From positions 49,312-76,124 of the forward strand of contig CAID01000017.2 of NCBI GenBank assembly GCA_000214015.2: a DNA stretch of 26,813 bases. Direction: 5' to 3'. The notes under the pieces are model-generated. The model made no database searches, was not told the DNA's origin, and saw only the letters and a program-made list of their open reading frames with translations. The translations under genes and the position numbers were made by a program. Shown here one piece after another: positions 15,341 through 23,329 of the stretch. How positions within the stretch are numbered: position 1 is the stretch's first letter; each line of letters opens with the position of its first letter. This stretch comes from Ostreococcus tauri. Lineage: Eukaryota.

Positions 15341-17869
15341 TCACATTTCGCGGGTGGACGCGAGGCATTTCCTGTAGCAAGCTTCGCACACGCGCCCGTC
15401 ACCATCTCTTTGGGGACGACTCACCTTCCCTCGAGAAACCGCACGCGAGCATAGCGCGCACGTGAACGGTGGCTGATTCGCCTTGCTTGCTTTTTCGTAG
15501 CACCCAACGCACACGCGCCCGTCACCATCTCTTTGGGGATGACTCACCTTCCCTCGAGAAACCGCACGCGAGCATAGCGCGCACGTGAACGGTGGCTGAT
15601 TCGCCTTGAGAGCTTTTTGGGTGCACCCAGCGCACACGCGCCCGTCACCATCTCTTTGGGGACGACTCACCTTCCCTCGAGAAACCGCACGCGAGCATAG
15701 CGCGCACGTGAACGGTGGTCGATTCGCCTTGCTTGCTTTTTGGTAGCACCCTTCGCACACGCGCCCGTCACCATCTCTTTGGGGACGACTCACCTTCCCT
15801 CGAGAAACCGCACGCGAGCATAGCGCGCACGTGAACGGTGGTCGATTCGCCTTGCTTGCTTTTTGGTAGCACCCTTCGCACACGCGCCCGTCACCATCTC
15901 TTTGGGGATGACTCGCCTTCCCTCGAGAAACCGCACGCGAGCATAGCGCGCACGTGAACGGTGGTTGCTTTGCGATGCTTGCTTTTTGGTAGCACCCAGC
16001 GCACACGCGCCCGTCACCATCTCTTTGGGGATGACTCGCCTTCCCTCGAGAAACCGCACGCGAGCATAGCGCGCACGTGAGCGGTGGTCGATTCGCCTTG
16101 CTTGCTTTTTGGTAGCACCCAGCGCACACGCGCCCGTCACCATCTCTTTGGGGATGACTCGCCTTCCCTCGAGAAACCGCACGCGAGCATAGCGCGCACG
16201 TGAACGGTGGTCGCTTTGCGAGTAAAGCGATTTGGTAGCATCTTTCGCACACGCGTCCATCGCCGTCTCCGCGGTAACTTTGTTTCCCTTGCATCTCTCT
16301 GTCGCACTCAAGGCACTGAAACTGCGGCTTCTTTGCATACAAAGCGATTTGGTAGCATCTGTCGCACACGCGTCCATGGCCGTCTCCGTGGGAGTGACTT
16401 CGCGACTTTCCTTGCGGAAAATCTCTGTCGCACCGTCCGCACGTGAACGCCGGCAAAGTCTTCGTACATCGCGTCTTCTTTCCGGATGTCTCTCTGATCT
16501 CGTTCCACGTATACTCGCGGGTGACCTCCCTGGTATGGCACACACCGGGCTGAGAAAAGTTCATTCCGACGACGCCGTCCGCGGTGTGCTCGTGCAAGGT
16601 CCCGTAGTGCGCGGTGAATACCGCTTCGACGAAGAATCCGGCGCTCGCAATCGCGCGCGCGACTTCCAAAATCGACGGCGTCGACGCGCACGTTTTCACG
16701 TACGTCTTCGCCAACTCGACCGCGCTCGCTTCATCCTGTCCGTGAATGACCCACAAACTGCATTGAAAATCAGCATCAGCATGGTCGTCGTCGCCCTTTT
16801 GGGCTCGTCGAACGAGTGCGTGTCCTCGCTGCATGTCGTGCGCGCGCCCGTCGCCGAGCAGCGCCGTCAAGTGCTCGTTGATTCGTCGCTCTACATCGAC
16901 ACTTTCCCCGATGTACGCGAACACGAGTCCGTCGTCGGTGCGAATTCTGTAGTGATAGCACCCGCGTACGTTCAGATATCGCGCCATCGATCCCGTGGCC
17001 GTCTCGACCTTTTCCAAAGCCTGACGCAACTCGAATTCGCTCGCGTCCAGCGCCATCGCCGCGGCGCGAACCGCGTTAAGATTTTGACACGCATACTTTG
17101 ACTCCGCCGCGTTGAGCGGGGAGGACCATTCTGCGATTATTGGACCGGTGGTACGTCGAAATGCACGTTGGCGACACGCTTCATCATCATCTATGTCGAC
17201 CTTCGGCAGCCCCGTCGCCGCGAACAATGGCGCTCCTCTCGCGAGCCAACGCGCGAAACTGTCCCGCGCGCACGCGCTCGGTGAGACGCGCGAGTAAATG
17301 TCTGAGATGATGCTCTCGAAATCCACGCCGCGCACCGTCTCATTGTTCATGGTCTTGGCGCACAATTCGGCATTAAACACCGCCAAGGTGACGACCGGTG
17401 CTCCTCCGAGTCCGTTCCCGGCGGCGCGTGTGACGTATTTCAACGCGAGCGTCGTCGCCGTCGCGACACCACCAGCGGTATCTTTGGGCGCGTCGTTCTC
17501 CACCGGCGCCTCCAATCCGACTCCGCTCGCCGCCTTCGGCGCCGCCTCGTCTCGCCTCGCGGCGTTCGTGTCGTCGCCGAGAGCGACGCGTGTCGCCCCC
17601 GCCGCGAACGCGACGCGCGCGTTCGCCGCATCCGACTCGGCGTCCGCCTCGGCTTTGGCTTTAGCTTTGGCATCCGCGCCACCGCGACCCCCGACTGGCC
17701 AACCAACACGTGCGTTAGCAGCAGATGACGCTTCCACGAATGCCTCACGGTTTCGCTTCCCCAACCCCGCGAATGCATAGCCGTATCCACCGCGGTATCC
17801 CCGCGGCATTGCTCCCGTCCTGCGCGTCCACGGCGGACAGTTAGTTATTAATCCGCCATCGGCGCGCAT
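15341..17869 (-). CDS. GIY-YIG nuclease-domain protein with nine C-terminal tandem C4 zinc-ribbon-like repeats
   Basis: ATG at 17869-17867 and TGA at 15343-15341, 842 aa. Residues 303-333 (16963-16871) are GCYHYRIRTDDGLVFAYIGESVDVERRINEH. This matches the GIY / YIG / Arg / His-Glu core, compared from memory with I-TevI GIYQIKNTLNNKVYVGSAKDFEKRWKRH. Candidate Glu (VELAKTY) and Asn (GMN) residues lie downstream. Residues 475-842 form nine ~41-aa modules of the form (F/L)TC-x2-C-x18-21-C-x2-CYQKA. I do not recognise the N-terminal 300 aa. Confidence 0.8.
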   Translation of the reverse strand: MRADGGLITNCPPWTRRTGAMPRGYRGGYGYAFAGLGKRNREAFVEASSAANARVGWPVGGRGGADAKAKAKAEADAESDAANARVAFAAGATRVALGDDTNAARRDEAAPKAASGVGLEAPVENDAPKDTAGGVATATTLALKYVTRAAGNGLGGAPVVTLAVFNAELCAKTMNNETVRGVDFESIISDIYSRVSPSACARDSFARWLARGAPLFAATGLPKVDIDDDEACRQRAFRRTTGPIIAEWSSPLNAAESKYACQNLNAVRAAAMALDASEFELRQALEKVETATGSMARYLNVRGCYHYRIRTDDGLVFAYIGESVDVERRINEHLTALLGDGRAHDMQRGHALVRRAQKGDDDHADADFQCSLWVIHGQDEASAVELAKTYVKTCASTPSILEVARAIASAGFFVEAVFTAHYGTLHEHTADGVVGMNFSQPGVCHTREVTREYTWNEIRETSGKKTRCTKTLPAFTCGRCDRDFPQGKSRSHSHGDGHGRVCDRCYQIALYAKKPQFQCLECDREMQGKQSYRGDGDGRVCERCYQIALLAKRPPFTCALCSRAVSRGKASHPQRDGDGRVCAGCYQKASKANRPPLTCALCSRAVSRGKASHPQRDGDGRVCAGCYQKASIAKQPPFTCALCSRAVSRGKASHPQRDGDGRVCEGCYQKASKANRPPFTCALCSRAVSRGKVSRPQRDGDGRVCEGCYQKASKANRPPFTCALCSRAVSRGKVSRPQRDGDGRVCAGCTQKALKANQPPFTCALCSRAVSRGKVSHPQRDGDGRVCVGCYEKASKANQPPFTCALCSRAVSRGKVSRPQRDGDGRVCEACYRKCLASTREM
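15344..16447 (-). repeat. In-frame coding tandem repeat, period 123 bp (41 codons), 9 units (7 near-identical, 2 diverged)
   Basis: On the plus strand, unit starts (cgcacacgcg...) are at 15385, 15508, 15631, 15754, 15877, 16000, 16123, 16246 and 16363. Units 15631-15753 and 15754-15876 are identical. Confidence 0.95.
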
Positions 17870-18287
17870 CGAACGAACGCGTCACCGTCGTCGACGCCGT
17901 CGCCCGCGCGCGCGCACCGCGACGTGAAACAAATCGACGCATCCTTTCGCGCGCGCCCGTCGTCATCGCGCGCTCGCGCGCCCCCCGGCGGCGCGATGCA
18001 CGCGCCACCGGGGAACAGCGCGCGCGCGATGCGATCTCGACCAATCGCCCCCTCTCCGCGCCGCGACTCCGCGTCGCGCCGCGCATCGTCCGCGAACGAG
18101 ACGTACCTTTATTCCCTCGTCGATGTCGTCGCGCGCACGCGCACGGAACGTTCGCGTTCGAGTCGAATTCGCGCGCCGCCGTCGCGCGCGATTCCAATTC
18201 GAAATCGCGCGCGCGCCGAGTGCCGACGCGACGACGCGTCGTCGTCGTCGCAGGCGTCGCGTCGCGCGCGGCCGCATCGCGTCGCGC

Positions 18288-18303
18288 TTTTTTTTTTTTT
18301 TTT
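18288..18303. repeat. T16 homopolymer flanked by a 14-bp direct repeat
   Basis: Sixteen T were counted across lines 18281-18303. ccgcatcgcgtcgc occurs at 18272-18285 and again at 18308-18321. Confidence 0.9.
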
Positions 18304-18816
18304 GCGTCCGCATCGCGTCGCCCCCCCGCCGCGACGCGTCGCCACCGGACGCATCGCGGCGGGGTGTGCCGCTCGGCGTCCGATGCGGACGCGACGCGTC
18401 GACATTTTCCAAATATTTTGTAGGCCATCAAGAAAAAATGTGACATCGAGCGAGTGCCAAGGGGTAAAATGGCTAAAAGGGGGTAAAACACGGGGCAACG
18501 GGGCAACCATCTCACTCATCCGCCGTCCGCGGTGGCGCCTTTCGCCCTCTTCCAACAAACCAACGCGCGCGAGACCTCGGCGCGTTCGACGACGGCGCGC
18601 GCGCGCGGTTCGACGTGACGCGACGACGACCTCGGTCGAAATCGTCGCGTCGAACGTCCAGGACGCGAGACGCTCGCCGATTGGACGTCTGCTAGGGTTT
18701 AGAGGGTTGAGACACCCATCGCGCGCCGCCGTCGACGCCGCGACACCTCGGCGCGCCCGCGATGGCGCGCGCGTGAGCGCGGGCGAAGGAACGTCCACGG
18801 CGAGACACTCGAGCCC

Positions 18817-20265
18817 ATGCCCGCGGTCGCGCGCGGCGAGCGGGGCGCGGCGACGTCGACGCGGACGGATGACGTCCCCGCGGGGTCTCGCGACGCGCTC
18901 GTCGCGCACGTCGACGGCGCGCTCACAAAGCTCGGGCTCGAGCGATTGAGCGCGAGCGAACGGGCGTCGAGTGATTTCGCGCCCAAGCGACCGATGCCGG
19001 AGCGCGACGCGAAGCGACCGGGACACGACGCGTGGACGTCGAGCGGGCCGACGCGCGGGGCGCGGCGACGCGGCGTCGAGCCGGCGACGCTCGCGAGAGC
19101 GATCGTGGACGATATCGAGGGGGCGTCGGACGTCTTCGCGACCGCCAAGGTGATATCGAACGGGGCGAACGCGTGTAAGGTGATTTTGACGACGAAATCG
19201 AGGGTCGAGGCGATGCGCGAACTCGGGTTGCGACAATGCCCGGGGTGCTTCAAGTTTTTCGCCCTGCACGGCGGTGGGTTGCGGAATCACTGGCTCGAAT
19301 CGAGCGAGTGCGAGTACGTCATGAGTAGTGGTCACCCCGAGAACGCGTCGGACGAGGAGGATGATTCCTCCGTGTCCGACCACTCGTGGCGAGGAACGAG
19401 CGGGTTGTCGAAACCGCCCGGATGGACTTCGCATCGAAGGACTCGACGATCGCAAGGTCCGCCCGTGATTCCTCCGGACGTGCACCCGGACTCTGTCACG
19501 GATGTCCATGGGTCCACAGCTTTAATGTGGGCCGCGGGTTCGGGGAAAATCTCCGTCATGGACTACTTAGTGAATGAACGCGGAGCCGACGTCTCGCACG
19601 TTGGCGCGAGGAAGGATGGTCGAACGCCCTTGCACTGGGCCGCTCGAAACGGACGATTGGAGGCGTGCGAGTGGTTGTTAGAGCGCGATCCAAAATTAGC
19701 GAATACACCCTCGTTCGACGGCGATTACCCGTTCCACTTGGCGGTGTGGAAGACGCGACACGCGTGCGCTTCGTTTCTCGCCGAGCGCGCGAGTGGGTCT
19801 ACTTCGGCGCGAAATCGGTGGGGTTGTAACGCCGTGCTCTGGGCGTGCACCGCGGACGTCGGGAACGACGACCAGAGTCGCAGAGACGTCTTACGCATGG
19901 TTCGATGGTTGGTCGAAGATTTAGACGTTCCGTTCGACGTGGTAAACGTAAACGGGCACTCGGCGCTACACAAGTGCGCCATCTATGGCCACGCTAACGT
20001 GGTTGATTACTTGTTGGGAAAACTTCGTTGTGTTGATGTTGTTGTTGATGATAGTTGTAGTAGCGGTGATGATGGTGATGATTTGAAGAAGAAATCGATT
20101 GAAAAGATGATTTTACAGGACGATAGGAGGCAGGCGCCGAGCGATTTAGCTCGCGTCAACGGATTCCTCGAGCTCTCCGCAGCGCTTCGCGCGATCGAGG
20201 ATCAAGCCTTACGTCTTCCGGTCGTTTTTGGAGGTGTTAAATCTAAGTGTGATATTGAAAACTAG
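18817..20265 (+). CDS. Ankyrin-repeat protein
   Basis: ATG at 18817 and TAG at 20263-20265, 482 aa. Ankyrin units are present: GSTALMWAAGSGKISVMDYLVNERGADV, DGRTPLHWAARNGRLEACEWLLE, GDYPFHLAVWKTRHACASFL and NGHSALHKCAIYGHANVVDYLL. The N-terminal region carries a CPGC...H...C segment of unknown type. Confidence 0.85.
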   Translation: MPAVARGERGAATSTRTDDVPAGSRDALVAHVDGALTKLGLERLSASERASSDFAPKRPMPERDAKRPGHDAWTSSGPTRGARRRGVEPATLARAIVDDIEGASDVFATAKVISNGANACKVILTTKSRVEAMRELGLRQCPGCFKFFALHGGGLRNHWLESSECEYVMSSGHPENASDEEDDSSVSDHSWRGTSGLSKPPGWTSHRRTRRSQGPPVIPPDVHPDSVTDVHGSTALMWAAGSGKISVMDYLVNERGADVSHVGARKDGRTPLHWAARNGRLEACEWLLERDPKLANTPSFDGDYPFHLAVWKTRHACASFLAERASGSTSARNRWGCNAVLWACTADVGNDDQSRRDVLRMVRWLVEDLDVPFDVVNVNGHSALHKCAIYGHANVVDYLLGKLRCVDVVVDDSCSSGDDGDDLKKKSIEKMILQDDRRQAPSDLARVNGFLELSAALRAIEDQALRLPVVFGGVKSKCDIEN

Positions 20266-20288
20266 ATATCTACGGTACCTATGGTGTT

Positions 20289-21440
20289 CTACACGATGTC
20301 GACGACGATCCCCACGGATGCGCACGCGTCTTTGAAATCATCCGGCGGGTGGGCTACGATCGGGACCGGATATTCGTCGCTCGGAAACGTAAGCGTTCTC
20401 GCGTGCAACGCGTGTCGATCGATGATGTCCGACGGTGCGCCGTATATCGTGTCGCCTACGATCGGTAAACCAGCCGCGGCCAAGTGCGTTCGAATCTGAT
20501 GCGTTCGCCCAGTCTTCGGGCGCGCCTCGACGAGGACGTGAGCCGCCGACTTGGATACGATCCGAAACAGCGTCGTCGCCGGTTTCGCATCTTCCGGCGC
20601 ATCCTCAGGCGTTAACACCGCCTCAACGAAGAACGTCCCGGGCTCCGCGTCGTCCCTCGCACGCTTCACGAGTGGGAATTCGATCGTGTGCCACTCGCCC
20701 GAGTCGTCCGACGCGTCGCCCCGCGCCTCGCACAGCGCCCAATACGTCTTCTCGACTCGACGATTTTCAAACCATCCCTGCACCTCCTTCGCCCGCGCAC
20801 TCGTTCGACAGATAACCAACGCCCCACTCGTGTCCAAATCTAACCGATGCGCGACGTACGGCACGAGCGAAGCGCCTTGAACGCCGTCCACGGTCCGCCA
20901 CCGCGCGACGCACGCGCTCGCGGCTGAATCGTCACCGACGCGTCGTCTCGGCGTCGACGGCGTCCCAGCGCGCTTGTTCACCACCGTCATCGTCGCGTCC
21001 TCGTACGCGATGTCGTCGTCACCGAGCGTCCAATCCATCTCGAGCCCCCACGGCGTCGCGTCCACCTCGGCTCGCACCGCCCGCGCGACGGCCCGCGCGT
21101 CCATCCGCAACGCCCGCGCGACGGCCCGCGCCGAGACCACCGGCTCGCTTCCCCGCGCGAAGCCAAATCGCATCGCGCACACCGCGTACGAAGTCGATCG
21201 CTCGCCGTGTCGACGCTTCACGCTCGCTCGAATGACCTCGCGCTCGACGCGCTCGAAATGCGCACCGTCGAGGACGTCCGGCGCGCACAGCGACAGGTGC
21301 GATCGCCACGCCCGCGCGCGCACGACGGCGTCGCAGTGTGGACATTTTTCCGCCTCCACGCGCGCGACGGCACCGTCCCGCGGTCGTCGCGTCGACCTCG
21401 ACGCGGGGATGACGGCGCGGGCCCGATGCGACGAACGCAT
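20289..21440 (-). CDS. RluA-family pseudouridine synthase
   Basis: The ORF-track start at 21614 is TTG; the first ATG is at 21440 (MRSSHRARAVIPASRSTRRP...). The catalytic motif is HRLDLDTSGALVICRT, with GRTHQIRTHLAAAGLPIVGDTIYG also present. TAG at 20291-20289. Confidence 0.88.
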   Translation of the reverse strand: MRSSHRARAVIPASRSTRRPRDGAVARVEAEKCPHCDAVVRARAWRSHLSLCAPDVLDGAHFERVEREVIRASVKRRHGERSTSYAVCAMRFGFARGSEPVVSARAVARALRMDARAVARAVRAEVDATPWGLEMDWTLGDDDIAYEDATMTVVNKRAGTPSTPRRRVGDDSAASACVARWRTVDGVQGASLVPYVAHRLDLDTSGALVICRTSARAKEVQGWFENRRVEKTYWALCEARGDASDDSGEWHTIEFPLVKRARDDAEPGTFFVEAVLTPEDAPEDAKPATTLFRIVSKSAAHVLVEARPKTGRTHQIRTHLAAAGLPIVGDTIYGAPSDIIDRHALHARTLTFPSDEYPVPIVAHPPDDFKDACASVGIVVDIV

Positions 21441-21680
21441 TGTGACGCCGCACACCGCGACGGTTCGTGTCGCCCCGACATGGAGCGCATCGCCCGCGCG
21501 CGCGCCGAACGCGGGCGTGGAAATATATCCACGCGCGCGGCGAAGTCTCGGGTCCAGCGCGTCGTCGCGCGACCGCAAGGACAGGGGTCGTTGGCGCAGC
21601 AGCACCTGGGTCAAATAGCTCCGGGTTCGGTGTTGTCCAAAGCGATCGATCGAGCGAAGGGTTCGATCGATTGGGGGAAG

Positions 21681-22901
21681 ATGGCGTCGGATGTCTCGTC
21701 TCTCGATGCGTCGTCGTCCGCGGTGGCGAAGTCGCCGGCGCTCGGGTTGGTCCTGGGCGAGCTCGGACTCGCGGACGGGGACGCGGAGCGACTGGCGAGC
21801 AAGGTGCGGGCGACGGAGGACTATGGATCGTTCGCGCTGCAGCGAACGCTCGGGATGAAGGCGGTGATCACATTAGGGGCTACGCGGGGGGGGGTGACGG
21901 ACGCGAAGACGCGGTGCGCGATCGGGAGGGTGATCAGCGACTCCTCGAGCGAGGACTCGTTGTTCGCCGTGTTCGCTCGACGCGCGAGCAAGGATTTGGA
22001 CGCGTTCGTGAGCGGGGTCTCGGAAGATTTGCAAAGGATCGCGAGTGAATCGTTAAGTTCTGAAGATCTGGACCGCACGAAGAACTGGTACGCCGCGAGC
22101 GTGTCGCCGGCGCACTTTTCATTTGTTCAAAATCAGGTCCGCCGAGCGTGCTCTTCTTCAAACGCCGACACGAAAAATGTCAAGGTGGTTCCGGTGCTGA
22201 TTCCGGTCATGGATGGGAAATCCACGAGGGGTACTTTCGGCGGTGCCTTAGACGGCGCAGACGACGACGAGGACGACGACGATGGGTTCATGTTCGGAAA
22301 GAAGAGCAAGAAGAAGAAAAAGGCGAAATCAACCTCCGCCGCTGCTTCCTCGACATCATCCGAGCCGCAAACAGTCTCCGATCTCCTAACGAAGATGGTT
22401 TCCCAACGCGTCGGTTCGCAGCGTGAACCGACGTTCCCCGAGCTCGAGATGTCCTGGGGACAGACGACCGCCGCGGAGGTCGGCGGCGCCGTGTTGCAGC
22501 TCGTCGCAGAGGCCCCGGCGAAGTCGGTGGTGATCCTTCCCTCCGAGCTCATTCGCGCCACGATCTCCTTTGATGCCGATGCATCGGGCGTAAACGCCGT
22601 GGGCGCACGCGCGGTATCGATCGAACAAGTCGCGAGCGACGCCTCCATCATTGGCGATGACGTCTCATCGACGCTCTGGGTCACCTTTGATCCGGACGAC
22701 GCGTCCAAGTCCGCCGAGACGTTCAAGCGAGCGCTAGAAAACATTCGCAGTCGCAATATCCCTATCGTCAACGCTGTTTTCGCTCTCGTTCCCGAGATCG
22801 AGTCCTGCGACGCCGAGAACGGCCCGGCGGATGCCGTCTCGCTCGCCGCCTCGGTATCCAGCCGAGCGCACGCCGCATTCGTCTCCGATGACGACGAGTG
22901 A
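21681..22901 (+). CDS. Hypothetical protein (406 aa) with a central acidic/Lys-rich linker
   Basis: The long ORF 21207-22901 overlaps the RluA 5' end, so the start must lie downstream. In-frame ATGs are at 21480 and 21681 (MASDVSSLD...). I prefer 21681 because 21600-21680 looks non-coding (lower GC). The linker reads DDDEDDDDGFMFGKKSKKKKKAK. No family recognised. TGA at 22899-22901. Confidence 0.6.
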   Translation: MASDVSSLDASSSAVAKSPALGLVLGELGLADGDAERLASKVRATEDYGSFALQRTLGMKAVITLGATRGGVTDAKTRCAIGRVISDSSSEDSLFAVFARRASKDLDAFVSGVSEDLQRIASESLSSEDLDRTKNWYAASVSPAHFSFVQNQVRRACSSSNADTKNVKVVPVLIPVMDGKSTRGTFGGALDGADDDEDDDDGFMFGKKSKKKKKAKSTSAAASSTSSEPQTVSDLLTKMVSQRVGSQREPTFPELEMSWGQTTAAEVGGAVLQLVAEAPAKSVVILPSELIRATISFDADASGVNAVGARAVSIEQVASDASIIGDDVSSTLWVTFDPDDASKSAETFKRALENIRSRNIPIVNAVFALVPEIESCDAENGPADAVSLAASVSSRAHAAFVSDDDE

Positions 22902-23329
22902 GCGCATAGACTAGCGTAGTATTTAAATCTCACATTTTATTCCTCATCGTTTCATCGCATTTACGTCGCCGTTTCGTCTCAGACTCACGCATCCAAATCG
23001 TTTGCGTCCGGCGCGTCCACACAGAGCTGTCGCTGAGTCGAAAACCCACACATTTCGACGCCACACGCGCGACATGCTCCAATTCGCCCTCGCGGGCGTC
23101 GTCGGCGTCCTCGCTGGTGTCGTGAGTGCATCCGCGACCCGTCGAAGGCGACGTAAGGGCCGTAAAACGGGCGCACCGGTGCGTGTTTGGAATGATGTTT
23201 TTAAAAACTTGGAAAAAGTGTTTCGAGTTTCACCCGCCCACGACGTTTTCACGATCGACTGACGCGTTTTCGACGCACGTGTAGGGCCCCGTGAGACGTT
23301 TTGGTGGACGTCCGACGCTTTCGGTGTCG

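Noticed and set aside
15341-17869. Claim that the GIY-YIG gene is a compositional (low-GC) island indicating horizontal transfer
   Set aside because: Spot counts give 48-62% GC in this gene, but comparable low-GC stretches occur inside the Sec7 gene. I cannot support a compositional anomaly without a proper windowed calculation.
18693-18710. Interstitial telomere repeat (tagggtttagagggtt)
   Set aside because: There is only about one and a half imperfect TTTAGGG-like units. This fits a short telo-box-like promoter motif or chance better than a telomeric tract.
17841-19509. Long ORFs 17924-18949 (+, 341 aa), 18109-19509 (-, 466 aa), 17841-18515 (-, 224 aa) in the region between the GIY-YIG and ankyrin genes
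   Set aside because: They overlap one another on both strands and are dominated by Arg/Ala/Ser/Pro. They run through a T16/A16 tract as poly-Phe or poly-Lys. The 466-aa ORF is antisense to the real ankyrin gene 5' end.
21207-21680. Upstream starts (21207 per the ORF track, ATG 21480) for the unknown 406-aa protein
   Set aside because: Position 21207 overlaps 234 bp of the RluA coding region on the opposite strand. ATG 21480 remains possible, but the 21480-21680 translation is Arg-rich and the DNA near 21600-21680 looks non-coding. I kept 21681 as the call and flagged the ambiguity.
23074-23262. 62-aa ORF MLQFALAGVVGVLAGVVSASATRRRRRKGRK... between the unknown gene and dCMP deaminase
   Set aside because: It has a tempting TM-plus-basic layout. 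Its second half uses AT-ending codons (aat gat gtt ttt aaa aac ttg gaa aaa), unlike the GC3-rich genes around it. It sits where 3' UTR and promoter are expected. Not supportable without transcript or peptide data.
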